Positions 1-9,645 of a stretch of DNA of 11,690 bases are shown here, one piece after another. The position numbers were made by a program, and so were the translations under genes. Positions within the stretch are counted from its first letter, which is position 1; each line of letters starts with the position of its first letter. The notes beneath the pieces were generated by a model, which saw nothing but the letters and a program-made list of their open reading frames with translations, did not search any database and was not told where the DNA came from. The DNA is from Azolla caroliniana (lineage: Eukaryota; Plantae; Polypodiophyta), in NCBI GenBank assembly GCA_043228905.1, contig JBHGNT010001135.1, positions 1 to 11,690 on the forward strand. The letters are read 5' to 3'.

Positions 1-632
1 AAATGTTTTTGGGAGAGGTGGGATCGAGGGTAGAGTACTGTCGATAATATTTTTATATTTCATACATGAATCTATAACACTCTTGACATAAACAATTTTC
101 CATAGTGATACTTCAATGCTATGTTTTTTAGAATTGATGGTAACTATTTATGAGTTTTCACCAAAACTTCTTACCAATTCCAAGCTAGAAAATTTAGATT
201 GTCAATTAGTAACAATTGTATTTATCACTTTCTTGATTCCAAGTTTAAATGCTTGATAATGGATGCCACATTATATGTACAAAACCTATACGATTTACAT
301 TTTTCGAAAATATTTGCCTCCAACATGAAATAGAAGTTTTAAAGTGTTGTTTCCTAGGTTGTATACGCAATAAATAGCTAAAAAAAGCTCATCAGCATCT
401 AAGTTGGGCCTCTCTAGAGGTATTGCTGGCCAACAATATGACATAGCTAATCTAGCTTTGCGAAACCGAATAAGAGCAATCCAGAGAATGTGAAGAAAGA
501 AACGGGCATTGAATTTCTTTGGCGACATAATAGTCATCCTATACATGGATGAGATCCCAATGGAGAGAAATGATTGTTGGGGACAACTTGGGGATCGCAA
601 TTGAGGAATCGATATGGGATGAGTGAATTAGG

Positions 633-2702
633 CTAAGGCATAGTGTAGGCATGTGAAGGTGTTGGTGTTGCTGAAGGGGTATAATGAGGGATAGGTGTGA
701 AGGGGGGACCAACAACGTGCATATTAGTGGGTGTGAATGATGTAGGGGTAGTGGAGAGTTGCATGCTAGATATGATAGGAGTAGGATATTGGGGTTGATG
801 GTTGCTGTAAGCTATGGTAGGTGCATCTAGGCGAGATTTAACCTCAAAGACATAGTATAGTTGGCTAAGAATCCATGCCAGAAAAGTAAAGGCAGCTGCA
901 GCTGCAAAGATAGTGCTACGAATTTGTTCACAACTCGGCACCACTGCCCCCGCCACCACCCGTGTCCGTGTTCGCAAAGAGTTTCGATTTGCTCCCGCCA
1001 ATAACAAGATCTCTGCAATACCAAAGAATAACCTACACAACAGCAAACATCGCGAGCAAATAAATACGCATGCCCCATCTACTTTATAGCACCCAGGGGT
1101 TGAAACATGTTCCAGGATTTATTAAAATTTTATAGGCTCAAACTATGATTTCACATGAGAAAATTCGAATAAATAGTAGATTTGGATTGAGGGATCACAT
1201 GTAGAAAATGATAATATCTAGGTGAATCAACAACAAAAATCTAGTACCATTAAAGTTAATTACTAATTACTGACTTCCTCACGTCATTTGTAGCTATTTC
1301 ATCGATATATGGTGTCTTCTTACCAGCACAAAGTTAAAGAAAGAACTGCACACAAGCGGGATCCTCCCGGCATATGGGGAATGCCGCAACAAAAGCAACG
1401 TGTGGCACCCATTATCACCAATGTGCCAACCAGCAGCAAACAAAAAGCTGCAGCAGCCATGCCACTGGCTGTATCTTCACCATATTTGCAATACCAAAAG
1501 TTACCATCTTCATCAAATTCCCAATCCACCTAAAACAAATGGTGGACTCTGTTATATAGAACTTCAGTTCGATAACCACACACTCAAAATGCGGAGGGGA
1601 AATATAATGTTAAAGACACACATTATCTGTTAATGTCTAAATTACAAATGGTTCAACAAGTAGCTTTAAACCTTGCATAGTCCACATTGGATAATAACAA
1701 AGTTCACACAACACCTTAAATCCTTGATGTAACATTCCCCTTGCAATTTGACATGTACATTCCTAATTCCTAATTACTAAAGTGACCTTGATACAACAAT
1801 AATCGAATACAGTGTGAGCCAAAATAAGTTTAAAATATTGTATACCAAGTTAGAAGATCAATATAATGCAACTGCCTTTCACATTCTTAATTAATCATTG
1901 TCCTACATGTATAGCAGCAGTTGCTAGCTAGAAGACAATAACAATCAAGTGATAGCATATCCCACGATATGTTGGGAACATTTTGCAGTCTCCTTCAAGA
2001 TTCAGATGCAACTACCATTCTCTAAAACCCCTATTAAGATTGCAATAGTGTGCATGCATGTCCAACCTCACACTATAAGATTTGGTTAAGTGGCGTCATC
2101 CTAATGGTGAAAAGGTTACAAGGGACAACATTACATAATGTGCCCTATGGGTTCCTTTACAGGTAATTGATCATGTGATCCTAGTTTGAGCACATAACCA
2201 ATCCCGGGGAGCATCTACAAGTGGGTCTCATTCCACCTTATTTATATGTAAAGAAGGAACACACTGATTATAATTGTTCAACCCACATGATGACAGTAGT
2301 AAAAGGAGAAGGCACAGGTCAAATAGCTGCTTCAAAATGAAGAGGCACAGATTCAAGTCATATGGATGACACTAAAACAGAAACAAGCACATGGCTGATT
2401 GGATGGATGATCATGATACACCAAATGTTGTATGGAAATTGTGAACACAATGTAGGCAAAAAACACTTAAAAAAGAATTGTCGATTCGCTCTCCGCCTGC
2501 AAATGTACGGCAGTACTATTGGATGTAACAAAAAGCATAGAGTTCAATAGGCCAAATTGTGCATTCTTTCATTTGTACTGAGTGAAGTGAATGAAGACGA
2601 GAATACCTTGTTTCGCCGGGATTGGGCACCCAGGGAGAGGCCAAAGGAGATGACATCGAGGAGGGAGGAGAGGAGGAAGACCATCCACACGGGCCTCTCC
2701 AT
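633..2702 (-). CDS. DUF1218-family (MODIFYING WALL LIGNIN-like) multi-pass membrane protein; 3 exons complement(join(633..1032,1324..1529,2607..2702)), 233 aa
   Basis: Exon 1 reads MERPVWMVFLLSSLLDVISFGLSLGAQSRRNK, with donor AAG|GTATTC at 2606. Exon 2 follows acceptor TTTTAG and reads VDWEFDEDGNFWYCKYGEDTASGMAAAAFCLLLVGTLVIMGATRCFCCG...GGSRLCAVLSLTLC(W), with donor TG|GTAAGA at 1323. Exon 3 follows acceptor TGTGTAG and reads (W)LFFGIAEILLLAGANRN...CEQIRSTIFAAAAAFTFLAWILSQLYY..., ending at TAG 633-635. Lengths 96+206+400=702 nt keep the frame. The motifs CxY..D.A, RCFCCG, W..F.IAE..LLAG..RN and C...R...FAA.A.F are characteristic of DUF1218. Alternative in-frame ATGs lie at 2717 and 2732. Confidence 0.9.
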
Positions 2703-2790
2703 CTCTCCCTCCACCATGCCCTTCTTGATCATGGACCACACCCAACTCCCCTGCCCCTGCCCTGCTGCTCCACGTTCATTCATCCTCCTT

Positions 2791-2835
2791 CCCTCCCTCC
2801 CTCCCTCCACACACTCTCTCTCTCTCTCTCTCTCT
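2791..2835. repeat. (CCCT)4 + (CT)11 tract, i.e. GA-rich putative 5' UTR/proximal promoter of the DUF1218 gene
   Basis: Read directly; lies 60-130 bp upstream of the minus-strand ATGs. Confidence 0.85.
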
Positions 2836-3115
2836 GTCTCTGCTGCTCCTCCTCCTCCACCAATTACTTCACAACTAACTCTTTTTGAAACACATAGTTT
2901 TTTAACTGTCAATCCCAATTCACATTTGATTGCATCGCTAACTCATTCGGAATATACACATATAGATGCATTCTTTCTGTTTGCTTCCTTGGTCAATGTT
3001 AACCAAACAAACACTTCTTTGTACACGTCCCCTCCTCTTTTAACCAAGCCCCCCCCAAGTGACACATTTCGTTAACACATCAAGAAAACACTACATTTAC
3101 ATTAACCACATCAAC

Positions 3116-3118
<3 letters not shown>

Positions 3119-3146
<28 letters not shown>
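3119..3146. repeat. (TC)14 microsatellite
   Basis: Read directly. Confidence 0.95.
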
Positions 3147-3149
<3 letters not shown>

Positions 3150-3470
3150 GGATCATAATGAGAGACCATCGATCTCTCCTCGTAGTCACACGAGCTCAAC
3201 AACTCTAAACGACTCTGTATTTAACAAACATTGTGTGTGTCGGTCGATGTTGCTTCTCGACGTTTGTATCAAGAGATTGGCAGGGTGCATGATGTTGTGC
3301 TACTTCTTTGCATTTGCATCTAAAGCTCCCCGCCCCCCTAGCCTCCTGTTACAAGAGTGTGGTTTGGGTTATGCATTTATGGGCGTTATGGTTATTCCTC
3401 ATTCCAAAATTCTTTAGCTTGTTGGAACATGAATTCGGGAATGGTTTATTCTCTTGTTCCATACTGTTTT

Positions 3471-4162
3471 TAGGGATCGGCAACGGTTCGGTTTAGGGGT
3501 TTTCAAACCTAAACCAAACCAAATAAAACCGATCCCTAAACCGGTTTGGGAAACGGCTTGGAAACCATTTTGTGAACTGTTTTGGGAGAAAACAACAATA
3601 CTCTTACATTGAATATTGAAATTCATAACAGAATTCTATTACAATTTATCATTGAACTTCATAACACAATTCTGTTACAATTTATCATTGAACAATCCCC
3701 CTCCAATATGCTCCAAATGTAGAATGGTTACAAGGCTTAGAGAAAAACAACAAGAAAACGTAAAATGAGAAATGCATTGTCTGGGTCGATGGATTGATCA
3801 CTGTCAGTGTCAAGAGTCCTATTACCTAAGTCATCTGTCTATGTCGAGAGTCCTATTAACTAAGTCATCACTTTGGAGTCTATGTGCAGACAATAGACTC
3901 GTGACTAGTTAGAACTTAGAACTTAGACTCGTGACTAGTTGAAGTTAGAACTTAGACTTTAGTAATACACTATAGTACTTACTAATTAATTAACTTAAAT
4001 AGCTTAGACAGCTTCAGCCGGTTTGGCGAGGCTCAAGCTGAGCCGAGCTCAAACCGTTAAGGCAGGCTCAAGCCTAAACCGAGCCGAACCGAGTCACTAA
4101 GCCGCTTTAAGCCGGTTAAGCCAAACGATTTAGGCTTGAGCCAAGCCGTTACCCGGTCCCTA
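3471..4162. mobile_element. Non-autonomous hAT (Ac/Ds-like) DNA transposon / MITE, 692 bp
   Basis: Perfect 8-bp TSD ACTGTTTT at 3463-3470 and 4163-4170. Imperfect TIRs: left TAGGGATCGGCAACGG, right (reverse complement) TAGGGACCGGGTAACGG. The TAGGGA start resembles the Ac TIR. Dense subterminal AAACC/AACCG/AGCCG/AACGG motifs occur at 3481-3570 and 4015-4150. The core is AT-rich, with no transposase ORF. Confidence 0.92.
3615..3960. repeat. Three short tandem duplications within the hAT core
   Basis: A 36-bp unit at 3615-3650 and 3651-3686 (ATTGAA.TTCATAACA.AATTCT.TTACAATTTATC). An ~33-bp unit GAGTCCTATTA.CTAAGTCATC twice at ~3808-3869. An ~30-bp unit TAGACTCGTGACTAGTT..AA.TTAGAACT twice at ~3894-3958. 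Confidence 0.8.
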
Positions 4163-4670
4163 ACTGTTTTCACATAGTGTGTTGTTGGGACATGAATTTG
4201 GTAATGGTTTATTCTCTTGTTCCATATTGTTTTTGCACAATGTGCTAGATTGATGCAATTTTATTGAATCACCGAAGTGTTTTAGAAGAATGCTATGGAA
4301 ATATCACTAAATAATGGTGTGATCAAGCTTGTAGAGCTCTTCACATGTTTGCTCAAGTAGTTGTTACATGCCCTCCATGTCATGACTCGGTTGGGCGACA
4401 CTTCTCACTCCACAAGGCCATTCACTAGGTGTAATGAAGTGCCTGAGTAGCAAATACTTACCCCTGATTTGCATCACACCCCATTTAGTGGAAGACCATC
4501 TTAAGTATGAGATTCCTCGTAATCTCCCAGGTCTTCACAAACACACACATGCACAAACATTTGGGACGACGAGATCCCTCAGAAGGTACTAGATCTTTGC
4601 AGGCACATACGTGCACACAACCCCCTTATCACATCTTGTATTGGATCATGATTAGCGAGCATGGGTTATA

Positions 4671-4737
4671 ATGGATGGATGGATGGATGGATGTGTGTGT
4701 GTGTGTCCTTGGCCATGCCACATATGATGATGATGAT
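4671..4737. repeat. Compound SSR (ATGG)5-(TG)7 ... (ATG)4 upstream of HHL1
   Basis: Read directly; about 170-230 bp upstream of the HHL1 ATG. Confidence 0.9.
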
Positions 4738-4904
4738 ATGGCACTTCCGAGTATCATTTCACACCACAAATTGGTGGGAGGAAAAATAAATAAATAAAAT
4801 ATTGAAAATGCAAATGTGGGAGAGAAAACACTAGTGGATAATGGTGAAAGAAACAGAGGCGACTCATAGAAGAGAAAGAGAAAGAGGAGGAAGAAGAAGA
4901 GGCA

Positions 4905-6568
4905 ATGGAAACCTTGCTGATACATCCCCATCATCAGGCTGCTGCCTCTCGATGCAGCCAGCAGGATAGCTCCAGGCTCGAGCTCGGATCCGCCTCGAGA
5001 TTCCTAAGAATCTCGCCTGTGAATCCAATCAATGGCCGCGGTCAATCACGGCCACGCCAGCTCTTGATGGCTCGGGCTGCAAAAGGAAAGCGCCGCTATG
5101 GACCCGGGGTACCGCAACAGAAGGGCATTCCTTCTTTCCCTAAAATAGAAGATGATGGAAACCCCAAATTTGTTGTTTTTGTCAGAGACAAACGAGTAAG
5201 CATTTTGCTCCCTTATACCAGATATTTAATGATGTTTTCATACTTTAGTTTAATCTTAATGAAAATAAGTAGATTCCGTTTTCTCTCTTTTTGTGTCGCA
5301 GGTCCCACTTTGGTTCCCTTTGAATATCGTCACAGGAGGAAATCTGGCCAAACTTGTGGTTGGTGCCTTGGGCAATGATTGGGGAAAGAAGATGGCACAG
5401 TCCACACTTACCCGTGATCTCGGCAATGCGCTATATAAGGTTAGCCAGATTTTCAGTAATGCACCATTATGTGAGGTTAAGTATGATTTTCAACAATGGG
5501 AACCTTATTAAGTAGCTAGATGCAGTTACAAACATAATCATTTGTTAATGGTTTCAATGAGGGCAGAGATAGGCCCCTTATAATGCTCATGGACGGCCAT
5601 TTGGTCTTCCACTTTCTGGATACTATGGCCTGGACGTACATGTTGGATGCTGTTTTTAGTATATGTGTAATCGTACATTAGTAGAGTCAACTAGGCCATT
5701 TATGGTCCCATTAGAAATTTCTATCTGTGGCCTGGATAGCTAAGATGGACATGGACCTATGTTAACTGGTAAAATTGAGCTGCCTCAGCTATTTTAGAAG
5801 CAGTTGTAAAGTTCCTGTTTAGCATGGTTTGGATATTGCATGAATTGTACTATACATTCATCTCTTTTGAGTCTAATAGTATCTTCGTTGGAATCTGTTG
5901 TTCCATCCATATGTTAACAGGATGAGAAGACAATGCGAATGTCTGCTATCAAAGCCCATCCTATGCTGAAAACTGCGACTGACCTGGAGTATGGTTACAA
6001 AGTTGTGGTATGTTTGTCAGATGCTTAGTTTTATTCAGTATGTTTTTGTTGTCCTTACATTTCTATATACCCATAAGAACAAATATATTCCCAAACAAAG
6101 GCATAGATGAATGAATGGAGATAAGTAGGCATTTTGAGCTCCATTAGGTAGAATGTCAATGGGAAATAGAATTTACATTTAAGAGATGAATCTGAAGAAG
6201 TGGTCTTTGTGGTAACATTAAGAGACATGAATCAGAAGATTTCATGGGACCTTTATCTTTATCGAAATACAAGATTGAACAAATGAAATATATCTGTTGC
6301 CTTACAGAATATGGATGATCAAAGATCAGCTTTTTTGCCATCAAATGTTACAAAGGTACATTCAAACTTGTAAGCATTTAGAACGTTTTTCCACATTCAT
6401 TTGCTTACATAGTAGCCATTTTTGCATGAAAAATTGCAGATTCCCCCCAAAGAAGAGTTGAAAAGTCTTGTAGACAAGGTGAAAGGTTTCTTTGGAGAAA
6501 GTGTGAGCGGGATTAAAGAAACTTTCAACTTTGGTGATCAAGAGCAATCAGAGGCCCCAAAGGACTAA
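4905..6568 (+). CDS. HHL1: HHL1-like (HYPERSENSITIVE TO HIGH LIGHT 1) chloroplast protein; 5 exons join(4905..5195,5302..5439,5921..6007,6308..6355,6440..6568), 230 aa
   Basis: All four introns are GT-AG and phase 0 (106, 481, 300 and 84 bp). Exon lengths 291+138+87+48+129=693 nt end in TAA. The translation has a Ser/Arg-rich transit-peptide-like N-terminus (...LLMARA/AKGKRRY), then PKIEDDGNPKFVVFVR, VPLWFPLNIVTGGNLAKLVV, LYKDEK..SAIKAHPMLKTATDLEYGYKVV, NMDDQRSAFLPSNVTK and IPPKEELKSLVDKVKGFFGE. These match the block order I recall for Arabidopsis HHL1 (PKIEDDGNP, LWYPL..GG, YRDEK, YGYK, LKT..DKVK..FG), a PSII repair factor. Confidence 0.88.
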
Positions 6569-7461
6569 AAAGTGAATCAGCAAACATTCGAGCATATACT
6601 GTTTAGAATTACGATCTTCCAACATTTATATGGAGGATCCACTTCAAAACCAGCTTGCTGCCATTTCTATATGAGGTTTGCACATTTTCTAAGCTCACAT
6701 GGCACCAGAAAAATGGTACAAAGCTCATCGACGTTGTTGGAATGTAAAGTTTTTTTACCATATGTCATGATCTAATCAAAACATGTCGGTTTTTGTGCAC
6801 ATGTCATAGGCACAAGTTGTTGCCCCTATGAATTTGTTTTCCACATCATGGGAATTTCAATAAAATGGGACTCATTCATAAACTCTTCTGACCATCATGA
6901 TGTGTTCATTTTCATTATTATGGAGACTGTTCATTATCAGAAAGAGAAAAGTGATGTTTTAAGATTTTCTCCTTGCATAGCTGACCAACAACTTCTAGAG
7001 ACTTGAGGGTGAAGAATGTCAATGTCTTTACACTGTAAACAACACTTTGGTTTCCCAAATAAGTGTATACAATGCTACAAATCACGTTATTGTAAAAGTA
7101 TGTTCATTTTCTGTGCATGTCAATGTGGATACAATCACATGGTATATGTATACAATTTGGGCGAGGGGTAACCAACCAGTTGGGAATGAGTATGAAATGT
7201 TGCATAATTGTGTTGATTTTTCACTCTTGGAATCAAGAGCTTTCGCATGATGACACTCATTTTCAATGGAGGAGAAGAAGCTTTGTAATGTTGAGAGATA
7301 AGCAACATTGAGTTGATTTTATCTTTAGTTTCTATACTAGAAACTAATATCGAATAATAACATACTTAAATAATTAGAAACTAAGAGTGAGTTAGATCCT
7401 CGGCAATAGTATCTCCCTAGGTATAGATAATGTATTTTGGTGTTATGGAAATTAAAAAATT

Positions 7462-7463
<2 letters not shown>

Positions 7464-7513
<50 letters not shown>
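7464..7513. repeat. (TC)25 microsatellite at the 3' end of LINE copy A
   Basis: Uninterrupted TC run, read directly. Confidence 0.97.
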
Positions 7514-7516
<3 letters not shown>

Positions 7517-7966
7517 GTAAAAGCACACAATTATATTAATCGTATGTAAAATTCGCTTGTTATAACACTTCTTAGTCTCCTCTACCTATCTATCCTATGT
7601 AGGGAGAGGAATGTCTTGTAATGCTATTAGAAAACCTAAATATGCATTTGAGGAAATGATCCCCACATGTGCTAACATCTAGAAATTCCACATAAGAATA
7701 CCTTTGAACTTCTTCATATAGGCTTTCACCCCATGTTTACTATCAAACATGAAAGCATTATGCATATTCCAATTGTATTGTAGTCCCCAATATTGTAAAA
7801 ATTGGAACAATAACTCCATCTCGTTATTTAGACTGTTTTGAACATACTGAGACAAAACCTATTGTTGAGGTCTCAAATAATTACGGGTTAAAATATGCTA
7901 AACGTCTGATAAGTACTTCCAAATTATATACGCTATAGGACATTTAATAAACTTATGTGTATTGTC

Positions 7967-8161
7967 CTCCAACGGAATGGTGCAAAAGAAACAAATGTTT
8001 GACCCTAGTCCTTGCCACTTTAAGGTTGAACCTAATGGGAGCGCATCGATCATGACTATCCATACTGTGCTCCAATGGAATGGTGCAAAAGAAACAATAC
8101 CCTAGTCCTCGTCTCTTTAAAGCTAAACCTAATGGCAACCCACCAATCATGACTCTCCATA
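7967..8161. repeat. Diverged ~95-bp tandem duplication covering the LINE zinc-knuckle N-terminal half
   Basis: 7967-8064 versus 8070-8161. Both begin CTCCAAYGGAATGGTGCAAAAGAAACAA and end ATCATGACT.TCCATA. Confidence 0.85.
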
Positions 8162-8252
8162 AGACTACCTTTGCACGAAATGGCAAATGGGAATGTCAAC
8201 CACGTTGTAATATTTGCCACCACCTTGTAGTCGACTTACATACATTCCACAC

Positions 8253-8446
8253 CTTTTCTGTTTTAGGAGATAGCCAAGATAATGATGCCATTGCATGATG
8301 ATACAATATATTTGTAGTGACATGTAGCAAGCTTGTACCATCCTGTTATCTTTTCTGTTCTAGGAGATGGCCAAGATAATGATGCCATTGCATGATGATA
8401 CAATATATTTGTAGTGACGCGTAACAAGTGTGTACCATCCTGTTAC
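8253..8446. repeat. 97-bp tandem duplication inside LINE copy A
   Basis: 8253-8349 versus 8350-8446, about 8 mismatches by hand count. Confidence 0.93.
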
Positions 8447-9209
8447 CGCTAATCTACCCAAGGTGCAACATTTGTTTTTAATGGCAAAGATCCATACAAC
8501 AATGGTATATCTTGTAATCTCTCCCAAATAAATCTGTAATATGGGGGAATACATAAACATCATTTGGCATCTTCAAATTTCGACAACCTTTGAGATCATT
8601 ATCCACCACATCTCTGAAATGTACAATTGAAATAAACGATTAAATTGAGATCTCAACTTCTTTTTTCCATGCTAATACAACCCTCGAGAAGAAACGAGCA
8701 ATTCATTTTGTAACGAAATACAAAATGCTCGATCACTTGATGGTGCCCACTCAAAAAAAGATAATGCATCTTGCCATGACCTTACCAATTGTTTTCCGCA
8801 CACAAAATGTCAAAACTTTAGAGGAATACATCCATTGAGAAATGGCCACCAAGATGCTTGAATGTTTGTTTTCCCATGCACCAATCCTTCATGTTCAATC
8901 AAATATTGTATCATAGATATCCATGGTTGATCTTGTTGCCACATATCTCATAATAATACAAATCTACAAGCCATCATATGCATTTCCAAATCCAATATTG
9001 CCGCACGACTGAATTGTTTGGGAGTAACCAAATGGTCCCATGAAATCCATGTAACTCCCATTGTTTCTCCCTTCCACCACAACATGAATCAAAGAGGTTG
9101 CAACAATATATGCAATGCCTTCTTAGTCCAAGGAAGTAATGCTAAAAAATATAATAACATTGGTATCAAGATACATTGCAACACTTTGAGTTGCATATGC
9201 AATGGCTAT

Positions 9210-9554
<345 letters not shown>

Positions 9555-9574
9555 TCTCTGTCTCTGTCTCTCTC

Positions 9575-9645
9575 GTAACTAGCTTATCCAATTGGTAAGT
9601 TGTTACATTACAAGCCACTATGTTTTGGGTTCGAAACCCAATTTT
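9575..9645 (+). mobile_element. Possible degenerate tRNA-derived SINE head / tRNA pseudogene
   Basis: An A-box-like TAGCTTATCCAATTGGTAAG lies at 9580-9599. A consensus B-box GGTTCGAAACC lies at 9628-9638, within a T-arm-like stem TGGG-TTCGAAA-CCCA. No acceptor stem or clear anticodon arm is visible. Confidence 0.4.

Larger units (their letters stand above)
3419..4244. repeat. 63-bp tandem duplication with unit 1 split by the hAT element (3419-3470 + 4171-4181; unit 2 4182-4244)
   Basis: TTGTTGGAACATGAATTCGGGAATGGTTTATTCTCTTGTTCCATACTGTTTT versus TTGTTGGGACATGAATTTGGTAATGGTTTATTCTCTTGTTCCATATTGTTTT. Confidence 0.9.

Noticed and set aside
295-600. 101-aa minus-strand ORF downstream of the DUF1218 stop
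   Set aside because: Non-ATG start, no recognisable motif, and located in the probable 3' UTR.
2544-3075. Long ORFs 2557-3075(+), 2622-2888(+) and the N-terminal part of 2544-2918(-)
   Set aside because: These are antisense or read-through of DUF1218 exon 1 and stop-poor CT/GA repeats, translating as SLSLSL/ERERER.
3615-3960. Short 30-36-bp repeats superficially like CRISPR repeats
   Set aside because: They are directly tandem without unique spacers, there are no cas genes, and the context is eukaryotic, inside a hAT element.
4362-4633. TG...CA-bounded ~270-bp segment (TGTTACA...TATCACA) resembling a solo LTR/TRIM
   Set aside because: The flanks (GTAGT / TCTTG) give no TSD, and there is no PBS, PPT or 5S-like Cassandra motif.
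5560-5733. Degenerate inverted similarity in HHL1 intron 2 (CAGAGATAG...GGCC vs GGCC...CTATCTGTG), possible old MITE
   Set aside because: Too many mismatches, the interior does not pair, and there is no TSD.
7325-7347. 10-bp perfect hairpin TTAGTTTCTA-TAC-TAGAAACTAA
   Set aside because: Short and AT-rich, with no Helitron CTRR end or miRNA-length stem; plausible by chance.
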